A stretch of 64,000 nucleotides of DNA from an uncultured bacterium. Its GTDB lineage: Bacteria; Krumholzibacteriota; Krumholzibacteriia; Krumholzibacteriales; Krumholzibacteriaceae. Made by a program: the position numbers and the translations under genes. Under the pieces are notes generated by a model, which was not told the origin of the DNA, searched no databases, and saw nothing but the letters and a program-made list of their open reading frames with translations. This document shows, in pieces, positions 27,383-38,208 of the stretch; position 1 is the stretch's first letter; every line of letters starts with the position of its first letter. Location: NCBI GenBank assembly GCA_963813815.1, contig CAWFAD010000011.1, positions 64,001 through 128,000 of the forward strand, given 5' to 3'.

Positions 27383-27411
27383 AACATATACAGGAAACGT
27401 CTCCCTGTCAA
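27383..27411 (-). promoter_or_regulatory. Sigma70 promoter of the gldA-like operon
   Basis: Minus strand TTGACA-17 bp-TATGTT. Confidence 0.65.
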
Positions 27412-27528
27412 ATCTCCGCTCCGCCCGTCCGCCCACGGCCGAGCGGTCCGATTTTTGTGCAACTCGCCCCGCCGGATGGCGTAGAATGGATACTCGGTCG
27501 TTCCTGATTCGAAACGGAGAGGAGCAGC

Positions 27529-28005
27529 ATGAAACGATTTACGGCGGCGATGCTCGTCGCGGCGGCGCTCACCGGCGCGGCCGCGGAGGCCCATGCAGGC
27601 GAAAATCTCTGGCATTCGGTGTTTCTTCCCGGCTGGGGGCAATCGCGGGCCGGGCATTACGGCCGCGCCGCGCTTTTCGCCGGGGGAGAGGTGCTGTCGC
27701 TCCTGGCGCTCGCCATCGGGGACGTGCAGTACGATCGAGCGGTCGAGCAGTACGACCGGGCGAAGGCGGCATACCTCGCGAGCGACTACATCGGCGACGC
27801 GATCGATGAGTATGACCTCATGCTCGAGAAATGGGACGATGCGGAGAGCCTGCAACGGTACCGGCAGATAGCGCTCGGCGCCGCGATCGGCGTCTGGGTC
27901 GTCAACGTCGTCGATATCGCGCTCTTCGACGAGAGGCGGGAGCCGCCGCTCGCGCTGGCGCCTCGCGGGGATGGATTCACGGTCACAGCGTCGCTCTCAT
28001 TCTGA
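27529..28005 (+). CDS. Exported/membrane hypothetical protein (DUF5683-like SxxxPGxGQ motif)
   Basis: Signal peptide (AHA), SVFLPGWGQ, WVVNVVD, C-terminal beta strand ending in Phe. GAGGAG RBS. Confidence 0.65.
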   Translation: MKRFTAAMLVAAALTGAAAEAHAGENLWHSVFLPGWGQSRAGHYGRAALFAGGEVLSLLALAIGDVQYDRAVEQYDRAKAAYLASDYIGDAIDEYDLMLEKWDDAESLQRYRQIALGAAIGVWVVNVVDIALFDERREPPLALAPRGDGFTVTASLSF

Positions 28006-28017
28006 AAAGGGGAAGCC

Positions 28018-28407
28018 ATGAACCGATCGCTTGTGCTCGCGCTCCTCTTCGCCGCGATCCTCTTCGTCTCCTGCGGCAAGGAGCACGCCGATCTGCCTAC
28101 GTCGTTCGTCTACACGCCCCTTCCGGCCCCTTCAAACGTGGAGGCCGAGGCGGGAGCGGAGCGATGCACGCTGTCCTGGAGCTTCCCGGTCGAGGCGATG
28201 GCGGACGTCCGGGAGTTTCGCGTGTACGAGTATTTCGCCCTCTACGATCAGCTCCAGCTCATCGGAACGACCTCCGATACCTCTTTCGTCGACTCGCTCC
28301 TCGTCGGCAATCTCTATTACTGTTTCAGGGTTTCGGCGGTCGATCTCGACGGTTTCGAGGGCTGGCGGAGCGACACGTGCTGCGCCTTCGTGACGACGGG
28401 GCCGTGA
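28018..28407 (+). CDS. Lipoprotein with fibronectin type III domain
   Basis: Lipobox FVS-C; PAPSNV, LSW, FRVY, FVD, YCFRVSAVD..G.EG. Confidence 0.8.
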   Translation: MNRSLVLALLFAAILFVSCGKEHADLPTSFVYTPLPAPSNVEAEAGAERCTLSWSFPVEAMADVREFRVYEYFALYDQLQLIGTTSDTSFVDSLLVGNLYYCFRVSAVDLDGFEGWRSDTCCAFVTTGP

Positions 28408-28431
28408 CGGTAGGGGACGGCGCGGCGCGAG

Positions 28432-28463
28432 AGGGGAAGCGGCTTCCGCCGTTTCCCCTTTTT
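28432..28463 (+). terminator. Rho-independent terminator
   Basis: GGGGAAGCGGC-TTCC-GCCGTTTCCCC (one G-U pair) followed by TTTTT. Confidence 0.75.
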
Positions 28464-28464
28464 A

Positions 28465-28482
28465 TTGGCACGAAAGGTGCAA
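28465..28482 (+). promoter_or_regulatory. Sigma54 -24/-12 promoter
   Basis: TTGGCACGAAAGGTGCAA (GG-N10-GC), directly after the terminator and about 35 bp before ATG 28516. Confidence 0.6.
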
Positions 28483-28515
28483 ATATCGCGTGGACACATT
28501 CCGAAAGGCCGTATC

Positions 28516-29061
28516 ATGAGCGAACCGCGGAAAAGCGAAACATCCGGAGCGGGAGCGGCGGCGTCGGCCGGCGCAACAGTGCATGAAGCCCGCACGCTTC
28601 ACCGCGTCATGCTCACGGGCGTCAGGAGCGAAATGGAGACTTCGGACTCGTTCGCGATAAAGTTCTCCATTCTCGCCAAGGCGCCGCTTCCGAGGGTGAA
28701 GCAGCTCATGCGGTCGCTCCCCGTCGCCCTCTGGACGGGAACGAGCAAGGGGAAGGCCGAGCAGATTCTCGAGCTCGTCGAAGAGGCGGGAGGGAAGGGA
28801 AGCATCGTGCAGACGGCCGCCGTCGCGCCGCGTCCGGCGGAAGACCCGAAGGTGGCCTCTACGAAATGCGCCTGCTGCGGATTTCCCATGAAGGAGGGCG
28901 CCGAGCGCTGCGAATTCTGCCGGACCGCCGTCGGGGAGAGCGCTGTTGAAAAGCTGCACTGGACCGCCGCGAAGAAGCGAAAGGGCGTTCCACGCGCGAG
29001 GCTCGTCGTCTACCTCTGCATCATCGCGGTGGAGATCGTCGTTCTTCTCGCCTGGCGGTGA
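28516..29061 (+). CDS. Hypothetical protein: L7/L12-CTD/ClpS-like domain, zinc ribbon and C-terminal TM
   Basis: VKQLMRSLPVALWTGTSKGKAEQILELVEEAGG; CACCG...CEFC; hydrophobic tail. Confidence 0.65.
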   Translation: MSEPRKSETSGAGAAASAGATVHEARTLHRVMLTGVRSEMETSDSFAIKFSILAKAPLPRVKQLMRSLPVALWTGTSKGKAEQILELVEEAGGKGSIVQTAAVAPRPAEDPKVASTKCACCGFPMKEGAERCEFCRTAVGESAVEKLHWTAAKKRKGVPRARLVVYLCIIAVEIVVLLAWR

Positions 29062-29082
29062 GGCCGGGCCCGCGAGTTCCGC

Positions 29083-29964
29083 TCACATGAGATTTCCCTG
29101 GGGAGGCGCCGGCGCGATCCGCCGGAGCGACGGATAAGCCTCGACGAGGCTGCCGGGAATCTCCGAGATGTTCTGACCGAGCATCGATTTCATCTGAAAA
29201 GCGTTCACGAGGGCCTGGCCGCGAAAATGGTTGTTCGTGATGATGTAGAGGTCCTTGACCTTTCCCGCCATGCGAACCGCGCGGTCCCGCCACTCTGTGA
29301 GCTCGTCGTCGTGGTATAGATAATCGTAGCGCTCGTCCCGGCCGGCGTCGGCGCGGAACCAGCTCCGGTAGTTGCGCCCATGGAGCCGGATGTAGCCGAG
29401 CCGCGAGTCGGTCACGATCTCCGAGGGCGGCATCGAGGCGCCGATCACGGGCTGATCGATGTTGCAGAACGCGAGTCCCGCCTCGGCGAGGAAGGCGCAG
29501 ACGCCGGGGGTGTGCCACGTTGCGTGGCGGAGCTCGACGGCCGCGGGAACCCCCGCGAACCATCCGCCGAGCGAAGCGAGGAGGCGCCTCGACTCGGTGG
29601 AGTCCCGGAAGGACCAGGGAAACTGCAGTAGGAAGGCGCCGAGAGTGCCGCGCTCGAGGAGCGGATCGAAGAGCCGGATAAATGAGGCGGCGTCCTCGGC
29701 GCTACCCGCCCGCTCGTGCGTGAAGCGCTGGAGCGCCTTGACGGTGAAGGTGAACCCCGGCCGCTCGGCGATCCTGTCGGCCCAGCTCCGTACGGTGCGG
29801 GGGGAGGGAGCTCGATAGAAGGAGCTGTTGAGCTCGACGCAGTCGAACCACCGCGCGACGGTCAGGAGCTCGTCTACCCGGCGCCCCGGAGGGTACACGG
29901 GCCCCACCCAGTCCCGATAGGACCATCCGGCCGGCCCGATGTGCGTCGCCCCCGTCGAGATCAC
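29083..29964 (-). CDS. DUF72 (YecE-like) protein
   Basis: GPAGWSYRDW, VELNSSFY, FTH, LLQFPWSF, VELRH, YIRLHGRN, RYDYLY, NNH. GTG start with GGAGG RBS. Confidence 0.9.
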   Translation of the reverse strand: MISTGATHIGPAGWSYRDWVGPVYPPGRRVDELLTVARWFDCVELNSSFYRAPSPRTVRSWADRIAERPGFTFTVKALQRFTHERAGSAEDAASFIRLFDPLLERGTLGAFLLQFPWSFRDSTESRRLLASLGGWFAGVPAAVELRHATWHTPGVCAFLAEAGLAFCNIDQPVIGASMPPSEIVTDSRLGYIRLHGRNYRSWFRADAGRDERYDYLYHDDELTEWRDRAVRMAGKVKDLYIITNNHFRGQALVNAFQMKSMLGQNISEIPGSLVEAYPSLRRIAPAPPQGNLM

Positions 29965-30024
29965 GGCGTAACCTCCGTGGCGAGCATAGCGGCGGGCGCG
30001 TCCCGCCGGCAATCGTTTTTCATT

Positions 30025-30053
30025 TTGAAAAGGGGCGCTCGATGCGGTATAAC
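30025..30053 (+). promoter_or_regulatory. Sigma70-like promoter, possibly giving a leaderless mRNA
   Basis: TTGAAA-17 bp-TATAAC. The ATG at 30060 falls at the predicted +1. Confidence 0.55.
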
Positions 30054-30059
30054 GGCGGC

Positions 30060-31559
30060 ATGGATGAGAGTTCCAGACGGATGAGGGATCGCGCGCTCAT
30101 CGCGGCGATTATCCTCGCGGCGGCCGCCCTTCGCCTGACCCGGCTCGGGGCCCAGTCGCTCTGGGTCGACGAGATGCTCTCCCTCAAGGCGTTTTCGGCT
30201 CCCGAGGGAGTCTCGTTCTGGAAGAAGCTCCTCTACGACGTCCACGGGCCCCTCTACTCGTTCTTCATGCATTTCTGGAGCATGGTCTCCACGACGGAGG
30301 CGTGGCTGCGCCTGCCGGGCGCCGCGGCCGGGATAGCCACGGTCTACCTCGTCTACCGGTGGCTCGCGCGCCTCGGGGGGCTCTCCACAGCCGTGCCCGG
30401 CGCCCTCTTTATGGCGTTGAGCCCGCTTCACCTGTATTACTCGCAGGAGGTGCGCTTCTATTCCTTTCTCGCGTTTTTCTCCGTGGCGGCGGCGATCGCG
30501 TTCGAGCGGTTCCTGCGCGAGCCTACGACGAGAAGCGGGCTCCGTCTCGGCCTTATGCTCTCGCTCGCGTGCCTCGCGCATTTCTCGGCGCTCTTTCTCG
30601 CCGCGGCCTTTTTTCTCTATCTTCTCTTCACGAAGAGACTGCGGGGGGCTCATCTCCGCGCGGGAGCGGCCGGAGCGGCGCTGCTCGCGCTCGCGGCATC
30701 TCCCTGGATTTATCGCGAAATCTCGTACATCGGGAGCATCAGGGTGGTCGACGTTCAGGAGCTCCGCGTCGAGGAGCGGCTGCGGGGAGAGCTCACGCTG
30801 AGCCGCTGGTCGTATCCGTATCTCGTCTACGCCTTTTCGGCGGGGTACTCGTTCGGGCCTTCGCTCCGCGAGCTGCACGGTCCGGGGTCGCCCGGCGGAA
30901 CGCTGGCCGCTCATGCGGGCGCGCTGGCGGCGGTGGCCGCGGTTTTCGGCCCGCTTGCCCTGGCGGGGCTCGTGGGCGCCGCGCGGCGGCGCCGGCTCGG
31001 CTACTTCATCATCGTGATCGCCGTCGCGTTGGGGGCGGCGACCGCCGCGACCGCGCTCAACGTCAAGGTCTTCAACGTCCGCTATCTGCTCTGCGTCTTT
31101 CCGTTCTACATCGGGCTTCTCGCCCTGGGACTCCCGAAACGGCGGATTCCGCGCTCGCTGGCCATAGCCGCGGTCTCGGCCGTCATGCTCGCGTCCGATT
31201 GGAATTACCACGCCGATCCGGCGTATGCGCGCGAGGACGTGCGCTCGGCCGCCGCGATCGTGGGGCGCGAGGAGCGGCCGGGAGACCTCGTCTTCGTTCC
31301 GACCGTTCATGACGTATTCCGGCACTATTACGGCGGCTCGAACGAGATCCGAGTGATCTATCCGGCGGATCTCGGAAGGGAAAGGCTCGGACGGCGCGTC
31401 GCCGCGGCGTTCGCGGAGCACTCCCGCATCTGGTACGTTCGAAGCCGGGGTTGGGCCGTAGACCCGGATGGCCTTCTGCCGGGTGCCCTTTCGGCGGGCG
31501 GAAAGCTGACCGGAACGTGGGAAGCTCCGGGCGTCGCCATCATGTTGTACGAGAGATAA
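30060..31559 (+). CDS. GT-C fold glycosyltransferase (PMT/ArnT-like)
   Basis: QSLWVDE, DVHGPLY, LRLP, SPLHLYYSQEVRFYS, multiple TMs, RY, EDVRSAA. Confidence 0.85.
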   Translation: MDESSRRMRDRALIAAIILAAAALRLTRLGAQSLWVDEMLSLKAFSAPEGVSFWKKLLYDVHGPLYSFFMHFWSMVSTTEAWLRLPGAAAGIATVYLVYRWLARLGGLSTAVPGALFMALSPLHLYYSQEVRFYSFLAFFSVAAAIAFERFLREPTTRSGLRLGLMLSLACLAHFSALFLAAAFFLYLLFTKRLRGAHLRAGAAGAALLALAASPWIYREISYIGSIRVVDVQELRVEERLRGELTLSRWSYPYLVYAFSAGYSFGPSLRELHGPGSPGGTLAAHAGALAAVAAVFGPLALAGLVGAARRRRLGYFIIVIAVALGAATAATALNVKVFNVRYLLCVFPFYIGLLALGLPKRRIPRSLAIAAVSAVMLASDWNYHADPAYAREDVRSAAAIVGREERPGDLVFVPTVHDVFRHYYGGSNEIRVIYPADLGRERLGRRVAAAFAEHSRIWYVRSRGWAVDPDGLLPGALSAGGKLTGTWEAPGVAIMLYER

Positions 31560-31671
31560 TCACGCCATCTAATTGACAAAAATGAAGATTGGTGGCTCGA
31601 CCACTGTTCTCGAAGGCGTGGCCGATGGCTCGCCGGTGAGCCTCGTCTCGAGCGCCCGGTCGGAGCGGGGG

Positions 31672-31699
31672 GTGACAGGACGAGGAATCCGAATATAAT
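31672..31699 (+). promoter_or_regulatory. Sigma70-like promoter
   Basis: GTGACA-16 bp-TATAAT upstream of ATG 31750. Confidence 0.45.
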
Positions 31700-31749
31700 G
31701 ATAGTAGTGGTGTTCTCCTTCGTTTTATCCCCTTCTCGAGGAGGGTGCC

Positions 31750-32193
31750 ATGAAGCGACTGCCGATCTTCTTCGCCGTCATGCTGCTCGTCTGGTCCGGC
31801 TGTTCCTGCAAATCGGCAACGGAGCGCGCGAGCCTCGTCGCGAGCGATTCGCGGGATGATTACGTGGATCTCCATCCCGATTGCCGTTTCGGCGATCTCA
31901 TCCGCGAGGGGGAGATTGCGCGCGGCATGAAAGTTGAGGAGGTCATCGCCGCGTGGGGAATGCCGAATGTCTACGCCGTCTCGAAGAAATCGCCCGCGGA
32001 GCACTGGATATATTACATCCGGGACCGCGAGGCCCTCTTGATGCTCATTTATACCCTCACCTTCGAGGACGATACGTTGCGCGTCTGGGATATCGACCAG
32101 AAGCGCTTCACGAGCCAGGGCATCGCCACCTACGTCGAGGAGCGTCCGTCGACGCTGCCGACCGGAGCGATCCTACCGGACAAGAAACGCTGA
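31750..32193 (+). CDS. Lipoprotein with SmpA/OmlA (BamE-like) motif
   Basis: Lipobox WSG-C; GMKVEEVIAAWGMP...EHWIY. GGAGG RBS. Confidence 0.65.
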   Translation: MKRLPIFFAVMLLVWSGCSCKSATERASLVASDSRDDYVDLHPDCRFGDLIREGEIARGMKVEEVIAAWGMPNVYAVSKKSPAEHWIYYIRDREALLMLIYTLTFEDDTLRVWDIDQKRFTSQGIATYVEERPSTLPTGAILPDKKR

Positions 32194-32296
32194 CCGAAAC
32201 GGGGGCGCAGGCACTCAAGACCCATCGGCGTTCGAGGATATTTCCCAGGCGAACGCCGAGCGCGCCCCCGATCGTCAATTCCCTCCCTTTTTCAGT

Positions 32297-32326
32297 TTGA
32301 CATCCCGGCGGGGGCGAACGTATTCT
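32297..32326 (+). promoter_or_regulatory. Sigma70 promoter of the hsp20-lon-LPS operon
   Basis: TTGACA-18 bp-TATTCT. Confidence 0.6.
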
Positions 32327-32380
32327 CTCGACTAATCTTACTCGTGCGGCGCGGGGAGCATCTGCGAAAGGACAGGGCAC

Positions 32381-32827
32381 GTGTCAACTGATCATCGTCT
32401 ACTCGCCGCGGGGGACGAGCGCGATCCGATGCGGGAGCTGCACGACCTCCTGAGGGGCGATTCGCCGTCGAAGGGGCGTCTCAGGATGCCGTCCGAGCTC
32501 ACCTGGGAGCCGCCGACCGACGTCGTCGAGACGGACGACGAGATCGTCGTCACGGTCGACATCGCGGGGATGGATGGCAAGGATATGAGCGTCGTCACGG
32601 ACGGGGCCACGCTCCGCGTGCGCGGCACGCGAAGGGCGTCGACGACGCCGGGGGTCAAGCATTTTCACCAGCTCGAAATCCGTTCCGGTCCGTTCGAGCG
32701 CGCGATTGTGCTCCCGTCCCGCGTCGATCCCGGGAAGGTGTCGGCGCAATATACGAGGGGCTTGCTCGAGGTGCGCATACGCAAACTCGCCCCGTCGGAG
32801 TACGTGAAGCGCGTAAAGATCGATTGA
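32381..32827 (+). CDS. Hsp20/alpha-crystallin small heat shock protein
   Basis: WEPPTDVVET, VDIAGM, LRVRG.R, EIRSGPFER.I.LP, AQYTRGLLEV. Confidence 0.92.
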   Translation: MSTDHRLLAAGDERDPMRELHDLLRGDSPSKGRLRMPSELTWEPPTDVVETDDEIVVTVDIAGMDGKDMSVVTDGATLRVRGTRRASTTPGVKHFHQLEIRSGPFERAIVLPSRVDPGKVSAQYTRGLLEVRIRKLAPSEYVKRVKID

Positions 32828-32852
32828 GGAGTCCGCCGAGGCGCGTTCGCAC

Positions 32853-35234
32853 ATGGGTAGCGATATCGACAAGATTGCCGAAGGAAGCGACCTGCTGCGC
32901 GAGATTCCGAACGAGCTCGCGATCGTTCCGATCAACGACGCCGTCGTGTTTCCGTACATGCTCATCCCGCTCATCCTCACCGACGCGAGCCTGATCCGGA
33001 TCGTCGACGAGGCGCTCGCGGGATCGAAGATCGTCGGCGTCTTTACCCAGATCAACAAGGAGCTGCAGAATCCGGGCCCCGCGGACATTTACCGCAAGGG
33101 GAGCGCGCTCCTCATCCAGAAGATGGCGCGTTTTCCCGACGGGCACGTTCGGATCATAGGGCAGGGGCTCGCGCGGATAGAGATCAAGCGGTTCACCGAC
33201 GAAACGCCGTTCATGCGGGCCCGCGTCGCGATCGCGTCCGAGCCCGATCGCCGCGACGACCGCGCCAAGGCGCTCATGCGGACCGCCGTCTCGACGTTCT
33301 TCTCGATCGTCGACGCGGCGGAGAGCTATCCGGAGGAGATCAAGAGCATCGTGGCGGGCATCAGAAGCCCCGGCAGGCTCGCCGATCTGCTCGCCGCGAA
33401 TCTGCCGATGGAGATTCCCGACAAGCAGAAGGTTCTCGAGATCATCGATCCCGTGAAGCGCCTCGCCTTCGTGTACGGGTTCATCTCGAACGAGCTCGAG
33501 ATCGTCAAGATCGGCGAGAAGATCAAGCACGACGTCCGCAAGGAGCTCGATCGGGAGCAGCGCGAATACTACCTGCGCCAGCAGATGCGGGCGATCCAGA
33601 AGGAGCTCGGGGAGGAGGACAGCGGGGTGGAGTCGGACGAGCTGCGGGAGCGCATCGACCGCGCGGAGATGCCGGCGGCGGCGCGCGAAACGGCGCGCAA
33701 GGAGTGGGGGCGACTGCGGAAGATGTCGCCGAGTTCGGCGGAGTACGTCGTCGCGCGCACCTATCTCGACTGGCTCCTCGAGATTCCCTGGGAGCGGACG
33801 ACCGAGGACAAGCTCGACATCGCCCGGGCGCGGCGCATCCTCGACGCCGATCATTACGACCTCGATCAGGTCAAGGAGCGAATTCTCGAGTTTCTCTCCG
33901 TCAAGCGTCTCCGGCGCAGCTCCAAGGGATCGATCCTCTGCTTCGTGGGTCCGCCCGGAGTCGGCAAAACCTCCCTCGGCAAGAGTGTGGCGCGCTCTCT
34001 CGGACGGCGCTTCGTGCGCATGTCGCTCGGCGGCATACGAGACGAGGCCGAGATTCGCGGCCACCGGCGCACGTACATCGGCGCGCTGCCGGGCAGAATC
34101 ATTCAGGGGATCCGGACGGCGGGGTGCTGCAACCCCGTGTTCATGCTCGACGAGATCGACAAGCTCGGCGCCGATTTCCGCGGCGATCCGGCCGCGGCGC
34201 TCCTCGAGGTGCTCGACCCGGAGCAGAACGTCTCGTTCGAGGATCATTACATCAATATCCCCTTCGATCTCTCGCGCGTCATGTTCATCACGACTGCCAA
34301 TGTCCGCGACTCCATCCCGGCGCCGCTCCTCGATCGCATGGAGGTGCTCGAACTCCCCGGGTACATCACGCACGAGAAGATACGGATCGCCAAACGCTTC
34401 CTTGTGCCCCGGCAGCTCGAGGAGAGCGGTCTGCCGGCCCGCTCGCTCGTCTTCGAAACGGAGGCGCTCGCGCGCATCGTCGAGCGCTATACGCGCGAGG
34501 CGGGGGTGCGCGCCCTCGAGCGCTCGATCGCCTCGATCGCCCGGAAAACGGCGCGCCGCATCGTGGGCCGAAGCCGTGGTCCGTTCCGCGTGACGGGCGC
34601 CAACCTCAAGCGCTGGCTCGGTCCGGAGGAGTTCCCCGAGGAGGAGATGCTCGGCGCTCCCGCGGTGGGGGTCTCGACGGGGATGGCGCGGACGGCCGCC
34701 GGCGGAACGATCCTCTTCATCGAGGCGCTTCCCGTATCGGGCGGAGGGAAGCTCAAGCTCACCGGGAATCTCGGCGAGGTCATGAAGGAGTCGGCCGAGG
34801 CGGCGCTCAGCTACGTGAAGTCGCGGTACGCCTCCGCCGAAGCGACGGTCTTCGCGACGCACGACATTCATCTCCACGTGCCGGCCGGCGCCGTGCCGAA
34901 GGACGGCCCGAGCGCGGGAGTGGCGATCGCGGCGGCGCTGGCGTCTCTCGCGCTCGACCGGCCCGTGCGGAACGACGTGGCCCTCACCGGCGAGGTCACG
35001 CTCACGGGAAAGGTGCTGCCCGTCGGCGGCATCAGGGAAAAAGTGATCGCGGCGCATCGCGCCGGCATACGCGAAATCGTGCTCCCGCGCGTCAACGCGA
35101 AGGATCTCGAGGAGATTCCCGCGCGCATAAAACGGGGGCTCCGGTTCAGGTACGTCGACCGCGTCGACGAGGCGGTATCGCGGGCGCTCGCGTCGAAAGA
35201 GCGGCGCCCGGCGCGCCGCGCGGGAAGAAGGTGA
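32853..35234 (+). CDS. lon: ATP-dependent protease La (LonA)
   Basis: LON N domain, [44 protein letters not shown] (Ser) and VGGIREK (Lys). Confidence 0.97.
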   Translation: MGSDIDKIAEGSDLLREIPNELAIVPINDAVVFPYMLIPLILTDASLIRIVDEALAGSKIVGVFTQINKELQNPGPADIYRKGSALLIQKMARFPDGHVRIIGQGLARIEIKRFTDETPFMRARVAIASEPDRRDDRAKALMRTAVSTFFSIVDAAESYPEEIKSIVAGIRSPGRLADLLAANLPMEIPDKQKVLEIIDPVKRLAFVYGFISNELEIVKIGEKIKHDVRKELDREQREYYLRQQMRAIQKELGEEDSGVESDELRERIDRAEMPAAARETARKEWGRLRKMSPSSAEYVVARTYLDWLLEIPWERTTEDKLDIARARRILDADHYDLDQVKERILEFLSVKRLRRSSKGSILCFVGPPGVGKTSLGKSVARSLGRRFVRMSLGGIRDEAEIRGHRRTYIGALPGRIIQGIRTAGCCNPVFMLDEIDKLGADFRGDPAAALLEVLDPEQNVSFEDHYINIPFDLSRVMFITTANVRDSIPAPLLDRMEVLELPGYITHEKIRIAKRFLVPRQLEESGLPARSLVFETEALARIVERYTREAGVRALERSIASIARKTARRIVGRSRGPFRVTGANLKRWLGPEEFPEEEMLGAPAVGVSTGMARTAAGGTILFIEALPVSGGGKLKLTGNLGEVMKESAEAALSYVKSRYASAEATVFATHDIHLHVPAGAVPKDGPSAGVAIAAALASLALDRPVRNDVALTGEVTLTGKVLPVGGIREKVIAAHRAGIREIVLPRVNAKDLEEIPARIKRGLRFRYVDRVDEAVSRALASKERRPARRAGRR

Positions 35235-35238
35235 CCGC

Positions 35239-36336
35239 ATGGAGGATGAGACCGGCGGCAGAAATCTCGTTCCGCGCCTCGTGTCGCGGTTCGTGAAGAG
35301 CTGGGGGAAGGCGCACACGTTCGAGCTTCCCGGCGGCATCGCGAACGCAACGTCGCTCCTCTTCATCGACTCGGGGGACGTGGTCGATCTCCTCTTCGCA
35401 GCCCCCGTCGTCAACTGCTTCGCGGTGCGGTTTCCGCACATCAGGACGACGATGCTCGTGCAGGGCGCCGATAGCGAGCTCGTCAAGGGGCTCATGCGGG
35501 TCAGCGCCATCATTTCGTACGAGAGCAAGCAGCTCAAGATTCATTCGACCGATTACCTCACCCTCGCGAGGAAGCTGCGCGGGAAAGGGATCGACGCCGT
35601 CATGCTCCTCGATCGCCGCTTTTCGCTCGAGCGGCATCTGCTGGCGTTCGCGACGGGGGCGCCGGTGCGCATCGGTTTCGCGCATCCGCTCGCGTATCCG
35701 TTCGTGAACTGCGAGATCCGCGTGGCCGACGGCGGATACGAGGGAAAGAAACTGCCGCGCATCCTTCAGACGCTCGGCCTCGGGCTCGAGCCGGGATGGG
35801 ACGAGGTGTCGCTCGTGCCGCGCGAGATCCAGCACGCCCGCCAGCTCAAACATTTCTGGAAGCCGGAGCGGGATCTGCTCATGGTCGGTCTCGATCCGTC
35901 CGTCGGCAAGACGAAGCATCACGTGATTCCGGAGATCATCGCCTACCTCGCGAACAACCTCGCGAGTCGCCGCCGGGCCAAGTTCGTGCTCTTCGGAAAC
36001 CCCTGGGACGAAAAGCTCATGCGCTCGCTATCGCAGGATCTGCGGGGGGAGATCCTCGACCTGCGGCCGTCGAACCTCACGGAGACGGTCGCGCTCCTGT
36101 CGCAGTGCGACCTCTTCCTTTCCGGCAACACGAACCTCTTCCATTTCGCGGCGGCGCTCGGGGTCCCGACGATAGGGCTCTTCACGAGGTACGACCGGCA
36201 GGGCTGGGTGCCGGAGGGCGCTCCCCGCGTGCGGATCCTGCAGGGAGTCCGCGGGGAGAAGCTCTCGCTCAAGGAATTCTTCTCGAATGTCGAAGAGGTG
36301 CTCGAAGCCCGGGCGGAAACCGCTCCGCAGGCCTGA
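35239..36336 (+). CDS. GT9 (heptosyltransferase-like) protein, divergent
   Basis: [44 protein letters not shown]. Confidence 0.8.
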   Translation: MEDETGGRNLVPRLVSRFVKSWGKAHTFELPGGIANATSLLFIDSGDVVDLLFAAPVVNCFAVRFPHIRTTMLVQGADSELVKGLMRVSAIISYESKQLKIHSTDYLTLARKLRGKGIDAVMLLDRRFSLERHLLAFATGAPVRIGFAHPLAYPFVNCEIRVADGGYEGKKLPRILQTLGLGLEPGWDEVSLVPREIQHARQLKHFWKPERDLLMVGLDPSVGKTKHHVIPEIIAYLANNLASRRRAKFVLFGNPWDEKLMRSLSQDLRGEILDLRPSNLTETVALLSQCDLFLSGNTNLFHFAAALGVPTIGLFTRYDRQGWVPEGAPRVRILQGVRGEKLSLKEFFSNVEEVLEARAETAPQA

Positions 36337-36351
36337 GCGAGGTGCGAGACG

Positions 36352-38208
36352 GTGTCCGATTCGCGGTTTTCCAATACGTACACGAGGCTCCTCGCCTACT
36401 TGTTGCCGCACTGGCGGCTCGCCGTCCCGCTCTTCGCCGCGAGCGCGGTCTTCGCCGTCCTCGGCGGCGTGCAGCTCGCGCTCATACCGCCCTTCCTGCA
36501 CATCCTTTTCGGCGGGGGCTCGCCGCCCGCCGGGGCGGCGGGCGGGGGAGCGATGCACGGCGTTCCGCTCCCGGCGGCGGTGTCGGCCGCCAAGGACGCG
36601 ATCGTCGCGGCGGGGAAGGGCATCATCTACGTCGGCTCGCCGATCGAGCGCCTCGCGCGCTTCTGCACCATTCTCCTCGTTCTCATGATCGCGAAGAACC
36701 TGTTCGGTTACCTCAGCACGTACCTCACGATCAGCCTCGAGCAATCGGTTCTCTACCGCATCCGCCGCGACCTCTACTGCAAGATGCAGTCGCTGCCGCT
36801 TTCGTACTTCGACCGGCAAAAGACGGGGCACCTCATCTCGCGCATCACGAACGACGTGACGAACCTGCGGGGCGTGATCGTGGGATCGCTCGCGAGCATC
36901 GTTCAGAACGGCCTCATGGCGGCGATCGCGATCGTCATCGTGTTTCTCACCTCATGGAAGCTCTCGCTGCTGACCCTCGTGCTCATGCCGCTCAACATCC
37001 TGCTCATTGGCGTCATCAGCCGCAAGCTGCGTAAGGGCTCCCTGCGGGCGCAGGAGCGGATGGCGGATATGACGGCGGTGCTGCAGGAGACGATCTCGGG
37101 CGTCCGGGTCGTGAAGGCGTTCGGCATGGAGGAGTTCGAGAGACGGAAGTTCGATTTCTTTAACCGGAAATATTTCCGGGACTATCTCAAGATGCGCCGC
37201 TACGCCGAGCTCGCCTCGCCGACGAGCGAGACGCTCGGCACGCTCGCGAGCGTCGTCATTCTCTGGTACGGCGGCCAGCTCGTGATCCGCGAGAGCCTCG
37301 ATCCGGCGAACCTCATACTCTTCGTCGGGGCGATGCTCTGGGTCATCAATCCGGTGAAGAACCTCAGCAAGCTCAACAGCGTCGTCCAGGAGGGGCTCGC
37401 GTCGGGGGACCGCATTTTCGAGATACTCGATCTCGAGGCGGAGCACGACGTCGAAGACGGCGCCTCGATCGAGGGGCTGCGCGACCGGATCGAATACGAG
37501 GGGGTCACGTTCGGATACGGCGGGGGCGTGGAGGTCCTGAGCGGCGTGAGCTTCACGATCCGTCGCGGGCAGGTCGCGGCGCTCGTCGGGGCGAGCGGCG
37601 CGGGGAAGTCGACGATCGCCGATCTGCTCCCGCGATTCTACCGCCCGACCGCGGGCCGGATCCTCATCGACGGGGTCGACGTCGCCGGCATAAGGCTTCC
37701 GTCGCTCCGCGCGCTCATGGGCATCGTCACGCAAGAGACGATTCTCTTCAACGACACGATTCGCAACAACATCGCGTACGGAATGGCCGATTGCCCCGCG
37801 GAGGCGATCGAGCGGGCGGCCGAGGCGGCCAACGCGCACGAGTTCATCGCGGCCATGCCGAAGGGATACGACACGGTCATCGGCGACCGCGGCGCGCAGC
37901 TCTCGGGTGGCCAGCGGCAGCGCATCGCGATCGCGAGGGCGCTCCTCAAGAATCCTCAGATACTCATCCTCGACGAGGCGACGAGCTCGCTCGACATCGA
38001 GAGCGAGGCCCTCGTGCAGGAAGCGATCGAACGGCTCATGAAAGGACGCACCAACCTCGTCATCGCCCACCGTCTCTCCACGATCCGAAACGCCGACGTC
38101 ATCATCGTCGTGGACGAGGGCCGCATCCGGCAGATCGGCAGCCACGAGGAGTTGATCCGTGAAGAGGGGATCTACCGGAAGCTCTACCAGATGCAGACGA
38201 GAGCCTAG
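36352..38208 (+). CDS. msbA: MsbA-like lipid A-core ABC flippase
   Basis: TMD (GHLISRITNDV) plus NBD (GASGAGKST, LSGGQRQR, ILDEATSSLD, IAHRLST). Located in an LPS operon. Confidence 0.88.
   Translation: MSDSRFSNTYTRLLAYLLPHWRLAVPLFAASAVFAVLGGVQLALIPPFLHILFGGGSPPAGAAGGGAMHGVPLPAAVSAAKDAIVAAGKGIIYVGSPIERLARFCTILLVLMIAKNLFGYLSTYLTISLEQSVLYRIRRDLYCKMQSLPLSYFDRQKTGHLISRITNDVTNLRGVIVGSLASIVQNGLMAAIAIVIVFLTSWKLSLLTLVLMPLNILLIGVISRKLRKGSLRAQERMADMTAVLQETISGVRVVKAFGMEEFERRKFDFFNRKYFRDYLKMRRYAELASPTSETLGTLASVVILWYGGQLVIRESLDPANLILFVGAMLWVINPVKNLSKLNSVVQEGLASGDRIFEILDLEAEHDVEDGASIEGLRDRIEYEGVTFGYGGGVEVLSGVSFTIRRGQVAALVGASGAGKSTIADLLPRFYRPTAGRILIDGVDVAGIRLPSLRALMGIVTQETILFNDTIRNNIAYGMADCPAEAIERAAEAANAHEFIAAMPKGYDTVIGDRGAQLSGGQRQRIAIARALLKNPQILILDEATSSLDIESEALVQEAIERLMKGRTNLVIAHRLSTIRNADVIIVVDEGRIRQIGSHEELIREEGIYRKLYQMQTRA

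Noticed and set aside
31573..31601. TTGACA promoter after the GT-C gene
   Set aside because: No credible -10 at 16-18 bp spacing. A better candidate lies at 31672-31699.
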